Positions 44,093 to 48,647 of a DNA stretch of 48,647 nt are shown piece after piece. The stretch's first letter is position 1, and each line of letters starts with the position of its first letter. Made by a program: the position numbers and the translations under genes. The DNA lies in NCBI GenBank assembly GCA_045594605.1, contig JAZNYU010000163.1:1-48647 (forward strand). Reading direction: 5' to 3'. The stretch comes from Eubacteriales bacterium. Its GTDB lineage: Bacteria; Bacillota; Clostridia; Oscillospirales; CAG-272. The notes under the pieces were generated by a model. It had not been told where the DNA came from and ran no database searches. It worked only from the letters and a program-made list of their open reading frames with translations.

Positions 44093-44551
44093 ATGTATTC
44101 AAGATATCAGGATAGCGGCAAACGCCCCGTCCGTTTGCCCGAGCACTACAGCGGCTCGACCTTTTCGCAAAAGCCGACCGAGCCCATCACCGTTTCCAAG
44201 CGAGAGATGTCAAGGCCTTATCCGCGCGAGGGGATCGGTGAGAAGGCTTCTCCCGTAGCCGACCGTATGCTGCGCGCCGAGGCGGTCGAGGATGAGGTGT
44301 TGGACGTTCCCGCCGAGCCGTCTCCTCCCGAGGAAGAGGAGATCGAAAAGGAAGAAAAGCCCGACCTTCCACCCCCAAAGGCAGCCCCATCCTCGCCCAT
44401 CAATTTTGGGGCACTTTCCCGTCTGTTCAGCGGTGGGGGAGATGGAGATCAGGATCGGCTTTTGCTTTTGGGACTGATCCTGTTGCTCTCGCGCACGCAA
44501 GGGGAGTCGGATATTCTTTTGTGGCTTTCTTTGCTGCTTTTGTGCGGGTGA
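44093..44551 (+). CDS. 152-aa hypothetical protein, Pro/Glu-rich with Leu-rich hydrophobic C-terminus
   Basis: AAGGAGG RBS. C-terminal DRLLLLGLILLLSRTQGESDILLWLSLLLLCG suggests a membrane hairpin. Confidence 0.6.
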   Translation: MYSRYQDSGKRPVRLPEHYSGSTFSQKPTEPITVSKREMSRPYPREGIGEKASPVADRMLRAEAVEDEVLDVPAEPSPPEEEEIEKEEKPDLPPPKAAPSSPINFGALSRLFSGGGDGDQDRLLLLGLILLLSRTQGESDILLWLSLLLLCG

Positions 44552-44649
44552 GATTTTTTTCTGCATTGCGTGCAAAAACACTTGCTTTTTGGTTAAACCT
44601 ATGATATGATAAAGGGGAAAGAAGAAGCAATAAAAAGGATAAACATAGA

Positions 44650-46065
44650 ATGAAGAAAAAAAACAAGCGGGTGCTCTTCTGGCGCATTTTGCTGGCGGTT
44701 CTGATCGTTTGCAACATGGCGGTTATTTTTCTGTTTTCTTCGCAAAACGGTGCAAAATCGGCAGACGTGAGCAAACGGTTTGTCATTTCGTTCGTAGAAA
44801 TGATCTCTAAATGGATAGAGAGCAAACCCGAAACGCCCGAAACCACCCCCGAGGAAACGGTAACACCGCCCGAAGGATCGGACGCGACTACCCCCGTAGA
44901 GCCTCCCGAAGGAACAACACCCCCCGAGGAGACGACACCCAAAGAAGAAATCACAACGCCCGAAGAAACCAAACCCAAAGACCCCATGGAGCACTTGACC
45001 GAGGAGCAAAAGGAAATGGTGAACAAGGCGCACAAGCCTGTCCGCAAGCTGGCGCACATGCTGGAGTTTGGCTCGCTTGCCGCGCTTTCACTCTTGCTTT
45101 TGTTGACCTGGCCGGGCAAGCTGCTGTGGCGCTATGCCGCCTCTCTCGGCTTTACGTTGCTCTATGCGGCAACCGACGAATTGCATCAGCTCTTTAGTCA
45201 AGGTCGTGGTGCGCGTCTTTCTGACGTTGCCATCGACTTTGCAGGCGCATTCATCACCAGCACCTTGCTTTTGGCTATCGTTGTGGCAATCCGCCATAGC
45301 AAGCGATTGGTCACCACGCATTATGAGCTCTCCATCATGCCCGAGGGAAGGAGCCTTCGCATCGGTCTTGTCACCGATCTGCACGCCTGCCCCCACGAGG
45401 GCTTGACCGAGCGCTTGCGCGCCGAGTCCCCCGACCTCATCCTGCTTGCAGGTGACGTCATGGAGGATGCGGAACTTTTGGACCAATCCTCATCAGGGTA
45501 CGCGTTTCTGCGCGACTGCGCCGACATTGCGCCCACGTATTATTCCTTTGGCAATCACGAGACGGTAGGGTCGGGCAAAAACGGCTCGCGGTGTGCCACC
45601 GGCGTTCCGGAGGATATTCGTCAAAATATTGCTCAAACGGGTGTGACGTTGCTTCACAATGAGAGCACTCTTTGGGATGGCATCCGCATCTGCGGTCTTG
45701 CATCGGGACTTACCAAAACCGAAAACCGCCCGAACGAGGCAGTTCTCTTGGAATTTGCAAATGCCGAGGAGTTCCGCATTCTGCTTTGCCACCACCCCGA
45801 ATATTACGAGCCCTACATCCGTCAAACAAGCATTGAACTGACCGTTTGCGGTCACGCCCACGGTGGGCAATGGCGCTTCTTCGGTCGCGGCGTTTACGCG
45901 CCGGGGCAGGGGCTCTTCCCCAAATACACCGCAGGCGTTGTCGACGGTCGATGTGTCATCAGCCGCGGAGCGGGTGACCATACCCCCATTCCGCGCCTTT
46001 CCAATCCACGCGAGTTTGTCATCATTCAATGCAATCCCAAAAACGAAAACCAATCATCCACATAA
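44650..46065 (+). CDS. VanZ-like membrane domain fused to a calcineurin-type metallophosphoesterase
   Basis: VanZ signatures VRKLAHMLEFGSLAA and YAATDELHQLFSQGRGARLSDVAIDFAG. MPE motifs GLVTDLH, LAGDVMED, GNHE, LCHHP and GHAHGG. A Pro/Glu/Thr-rich ~55-aa insert lies after TM1. Confidence 0.8.
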   Translation: MKKKNKRVLFWRILLAVLIVCNMAVIFLFSSQNGAKSADVSKRFVISFVEMISKWIESKPETPETTPEETVTPPEGSDATTPVEPPEGTTPPEETTPKEEITTPEETKPKDPMEHLTEEQKEMVNKAHKPVRKLAHMLEFGSLAALSLLLLLTWPGKLLWRYAASLGFTLLYAATDELHQLFSQGRGARLSDVAIDFAGAFITSTLLLAIVVAIRHSKRLVTTHYELSIMPEGRSLRIGLVTDLHACPHEGLTERLRAESPDLILLAGDVMEDAELLDQSSSGYAFLRDCADIAPTYYSFGNHETVGSGKNGSRCATGVPEDIRQNIAQTGVTLLHNESTLWDGIRICGLASGLTKTENRPNEAVLLEFANAEEFRILLCHHPEYYEPYIRQTSIELTVCGHAHGGQWRFFGRGVYAPGQGLFPKYTAGVVDGRCVISRGAGDHTPIPRLSNPREFVIIQCNPKNENQSST

Positions 46066-46086
46066 AAAAGACAAGGAGAAACAAAC

Positions 46087-46395
46087 ATGGCAGTTATCAA
46101 CATCACTCTTGAAAATTTTGAAGCAGAAGTTATCAAATCCGAAAAAACCGTCCTCGTGGACTTTTGGGCACCTTGGTGCGGCCCTTGCCGCATGCTCTCT
46201 CCCGTTGTTGACGAGATCGGTGAAGAAAGAACCGATATCAAGGTCGGTAAGGTCAACGTCGATGAGCAAGAGGAGCTCGCTATGCGCTTTGGCATTATGA
46301 GCATCCCTACCCTGATCGTCTTTAAGAACGGCGAGCCCGTAAAAAAGACCATGGGTGTTCAACCCAAGGCAGCGATTTTGGGATTGTTTGAATAA
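46087..46395 (+). CDS. trxA: Thioredoxin
   Basis: Active site FWAPWCGPCRM. 102 aa. AAGGAGA RBS. Confidence 0.95.
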   Translation: MAVINITLENFEAEVIKSEKTVLVDFWAPWCGPCRMLSPVVDEIGEERTDIKVGKVNVDEQEELAMRFGIMSIPTLIVFKNGEPVKKTMGVQPKAAILGLFE

Positions 46396-46409
46396 GATAG
46401 GAATTTTTT

Positions 46410-46466
46410 GTGGGAGAACCTTTTTGGGAAAAAGGGTTCTCCCACACCCTCTCCAAAAACTCTCTA
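46410..46466 (+). repeat. REP/MITE-like palindromic element, copy 2
   Basis: GTGGGAGAACCTTTTT-GGG-AAAAAGGGTTCTCCCAC plus the flank ACCCTCTCCAAAAACTCTC. Confidence 0.8.
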
Positions 46467-46589
46467 ACAAGAATTACAAAAGTGAAATCCAAAGCCACGG
46501 ATAGACAGTCGGCGCGAGGGGAACCCTCGCTTTGGCTGCCGCGAGCGGCTAGGGACCACCAACCCTATCCGCTCAGAGAGTTGAAAGAG

Positions 46590-46632
46590 AAAAAGACAGC
46601 AAGTGCGCTGTCTTTATCTGCTTTTCTTTTTT
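46590..46632. terminator. Bidirectional terminator between convergent trxA and nagB
   Basis: AAAA-AGACAGC-AAGTGC-GCTGTCT, followed by TTATCTGCTTTTCTTTTTT on + and by TTTTTCTCTTTC on -. Confidence 0.7.
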
Positions 46633-46634
46633 GT

Positions 46635-46693
46635 GAGAGTGCTTTTTGGAAGGGGTGCGGGGGAACCCTTTTTCGCGAAAAAGGTTCCCCCGC
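46635..46693 (-). repeat. REP/MITE-like palindromic element, copy 3 (inverted relative to copy 2)
   Basis: The reverse complement reads GCGGGGGAACCTTTTTCGCGAAAAAGGGTTCCCCCGC-ACCCCTTCCAAAAAGCACTCTC, which is collinear with copy 2 including the flank. Confidence 0.8.
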
Positions 46694-46706
46694 AATCTTC
46701 TAAAAA

Positions 46707-47417
46707 TCATTCCTCACTAAACACAACGGTCAGGTCGGGATGGAGTTGAAGGATAGAAGCGGGCACTTCGGGGGTGATAGGACCGAAGAATGCGCGCTGA
46801 ACGATATCCTTTTTGGCTTTGCCGTTGGCAATGAGCAGGACCTTTTTTGCCTGCATGATAGCGCCCATACCCATGGTGATGGCTTGGCGCGGAACGTCGC
46901 TTTCTTTTTCAAAGAAGCGGGCGTTTGCCTTGATGGTGGACTCGTGAAGATCGACCACGTGCGTTGCCTTTTCAAAGATGGGAGCGGGCTCGTTAAAGCC
47001 GATATGACCGTCCAGACCAATGCCGAGCAGTTGGAGGTCGATGCCGCCGAGGGACTCGATGCGAGCGTCGTAGTCGGCGCCCTCTTTTGCAAGGTCGTCG
47101 GCGCAGCCGTTGGGAACAAAGGTGTTCTCGCGGCGAATGTTGATGTGGTCAAAGAAGTTGGTCTGCATAAAGTAGCGGTAGCTTTGGTCGTGCTCTCCGT
47201 CAAGACCGATGTACTCGTCAAGGTTTACAGAAGTAACGGCAGAAAAATCGAGGTCGCCCTTCTTGTACCACTCAATAAGCTGGCGGTAGGTGCCCAGAGG
47301 AGAGGAACCGGTTGCAAGGCCGAGCACGCTTTGCGGCTTCATAATGACCTGTGCAGAAATGATATTGGCAGCCTGACGGCTCAGCTGGTCGTAGTTTTGA
47401 ACGGTAATGAATTTCAT
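46707..47417 (-). CDS. nagB: Glucosamine-6-phosphate deaminase
   Basis: MKFITVQNYDQLS...LGLATGSSP...NLDEYIGL...GIGLDGHIGFNEP motifs. AAAGGAA lies 10-11 nt upstream of ATG 47417. The reading frame is continuous with the upstream AraC ORF (no stop). Confidence 0.85.
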   Translation of the reverse strand: MKFITVQNYDQLSRQAANIISAQVIMKPQSVLGLATGSSPLGTYRQLIEWYKKGDLDFSAVTSVNLDEYIGLDGEHDQSYRYFMQTNFFDHINIRRENTFVPNGCADDLAKEGADYDARIESLGGIDLQLLGIGLDGHIGFNEPAPIFEKATHVVDLHESTIKANARFFEKESDVPRQAITMGMGAIMQAKKVLLIANGKAKKDIVQRAFFGPITPEVPASILQLHPDLTVVFSEE

Positions 47418-48326
47418 TTTGGTATTTTCCTTTCTTTCTATTCGTGTATCAAGCTTCTTTTCACTGCCGCGATAGGTCCCGGGAGGGGAGCCCATTACAC
47501 GGCGAAAGACGGTACTAAAATAATTTTGGTCGAAGTACCCCAAAAGGGCGGCGACCTCACCCACGCGCATGCCTGCTTGGAGCTGCTCGGCGGCGTAGCG
47601 CATCTTCATCTCGGTGAAGTAGCGCGAGACACCCATGCCCGCATAACGGGTAAAGATCTTTTTGAGAGCAGATAGGCTGATATTGCACAGTTGTGCGATC
47701 TCGCCTGCCGAGAGCTGCTTGTGCAAATTGGCGTTCAGAATGCCAACGATCTCGGCGTATCGCAGAGCGGAGGGTAGGAGCGGTGTTTCTTCGGCGGTGT
47801 CGTTTTCCTTTTTGGCGACCTGCAAGAACCACAGCTCCAAACGCACGCGTGCTTCATTCAGGAGCGCGCGGTCGCCGGTGCGGATCCCTTGTGCCACGGC
47901 ATCGCAAACGGTTGTCAGCTCGGCTTGCTCGGCGTCATTCAGTTGTACCACGCGTGAGCCCAAAGAGGGAATGGCAGCGGCAAAAAAGGAAAGATTGCGC
48001 ACGTGCGGCGAGCTTCCAAACTCCGACCAGATGCGGTGGAACTCATCGGGGCTGTGCAAAAGGATCTGCCCACCCGAAAGGGTATGCACTTCCTCGCCTG
48101 CGGTGATCCCAACCGTTCCTTCGGCAACGAATACCAATTCATAAAACGGGTGACGCTCTCCGCTAAAGTTGTGGTCGCGGTCAAATTGACGGTCAAGCGA
48201 GCAATGAAACGCCAAAATATCGGCGCTGCGCGCAATGCCGCAATCGTTGAGCGGTGCGGCGTGATTTTCGTGAGAGTTTTTGGCTGTTTTCAAAGGTTTT
48301 ATGTCCATTTCCATATATCTATTCAT
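47418..48326 (-). CDS. AraC family regulator (cupin-like N-domain + AraC HTH) lacking its own stop codon; reads straight into nagB
   Basis: HTH LSAGEIAQLCNISLSALKKIFTRYAGMGVSRYFTEMKMRYAAEQLQAG.RVGEVAALLGYFDQNYFSTVFRRVMGSPPGTYR. The start is uncertain (ATG 48326, 48314 or 48308). The promoter position excludes the track start 48398. Confidence 0.7.
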
Positions 48327-48347
48327 ATTTGGATATATTATAATATA

Positions 48348-48376
48348 ATCATAGCACAACACACGGGCAAAGTCAA
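48348..48376 (-). promoter_or_regulatory. Probable promoter of the AraC-nagB unit
   Basis: On the minus strand: TTGACT, 17-nt spacer, TATGAT. Confidence 0.55.
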
Positions 48377-48441
48377 TAGGTTTTGTTCCATTTTTCATAT
48401 ATTTTCACACAAAAAATGAAATGAGAAAGGATGCAGAGAGA

Positions 48442-48647
48442 ATGAATCCAATCATAAACGTACTTGAGCAATTTGGCATTGATGCCGCGGCGCTTCCGCA
48501 CGGCAACGGCCACATCAACAACACCTTTTTGGTGGATAGCAAGCCACGCGTCATTTTGCAACGCATCAACACAAACGTTTTCAAAAACCCCGCCGAGGTG
48601 ATGGGCAACATCATGGCGGTCACCGCGTATTTGCGCAAAAAGATCGT
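48442..48647 (+). CDS. 5' part of an N-acetylhexosamine 1-kinase-like (NahK/APH-fold) phosphotransferase, running off the right edge
   Basis: My own translation gives MNPIINVLEQFGIDAAALPHGNGHINNTFLVDSKPRVILQRINTNVFKNPAEVMGNIMAVTAYLRKKI. The GNGHIN.TFLV...ILQ.IN..VF pattern resembles NahK-type kinases. It is divergent from AraC-nagB. Confidence 0.55.
   Translation, partial: MNPIINVLEQFGIDAAALPHGNGHINNTFLVDSKPRVILQRINTNVFKNPAEVMGNIMAVTAYLRKKI

Noticed and set aside
1-48647. Scan for tRNA, rRNA, tmRNA, CRISPR, IS elements, integrases, toxin-antitoxin pairs and known defence genes.
   Set aside because: None was recognised in any intergenic region or ORF translation. Every intergenic gap longer than 100 nt is accounted for by promoters, terminators or the palindromic elements. 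The exceptions are 41814-42039 (the HAD leader) and 46467-46590, which remain unexplained.

Overview
This is a 48.6-kb chromosomal window from what looks like a Gram-positive, Clostridia-type anaerobe. Supporting signs are GGAGG-type RBSs, lipoprotein lipoboxes, a SleB-type cortex hydrolase, many near-consensus sigma-A promoters and rho-independent terminators, and GC of roughly 50-60% by eye. I recognised no rRNA, tRNA, CRISPR array, transposase, integrase, reverse transcriptase or phage gene.

The left part (1-29.4 kb) is an accessory cell-surface/glycan region. It holds a partial Cys-rich membrane-anchored protein, an 893-aa multidomain lipoprotein and a secreted phosphodiester glycosidase. 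Next come a CUT1-type sugar ABC importer (binding lipoprotein plus 2 permeases, no ATPase), a ROK kinase and an FAD-dependent oxidoreductase. These are followed by a dual-HTH LuxR-type regulator, a 105-aa Cys-containing protein, a 2778-aa secreted GLUG/MBG-type giant protein and a 304-aa repeat lipoprotein. The region ends with malQ-glgP and a convergent 1007-aa repeat lipoprotein.

The right part (29.4-48.6 kb) is mostly ordinary. It contains an amidohydrolase, a MATE efflux pump, a phosphodiesterase, a small membrane protein, AraC plus two Gfo/Idh/MocA oxidoreductases, a CDF transporter and ComM/YifB. It also contains an LRR lipoprotein, a SleB-like hydrolase, a HAD hydrolase, a low-GC GNAT gene, three small unknown ORFs, a VanZ-metallophosphoesterase fusion, trxA, an AraC-nagB continuous ORF and a partial NahK-like kinase.

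The most unusual signal is that five neighbouring exported proteins are built from His/Cys repeat modules (H..C-x5 or x9-11-C-x2-C..GH, plus a 7-Cys CGKC cassette). I cannot assign these modules to a named family. They occur in strictly periodic arrays: 7 x 78 bp, 14 x ~123 bp, and 20 CxxC modules in the giant protein.

Secondary signals:
- a palindrome-rich leader in front of the LuxR gene
- a REP/MITE-like 36-bp palindromic element in three copies
- a stop-less AraC-NagB junction
- a single-gene low-GC island

All product calls come from motif recognition by eye. No database search or computation was possible.
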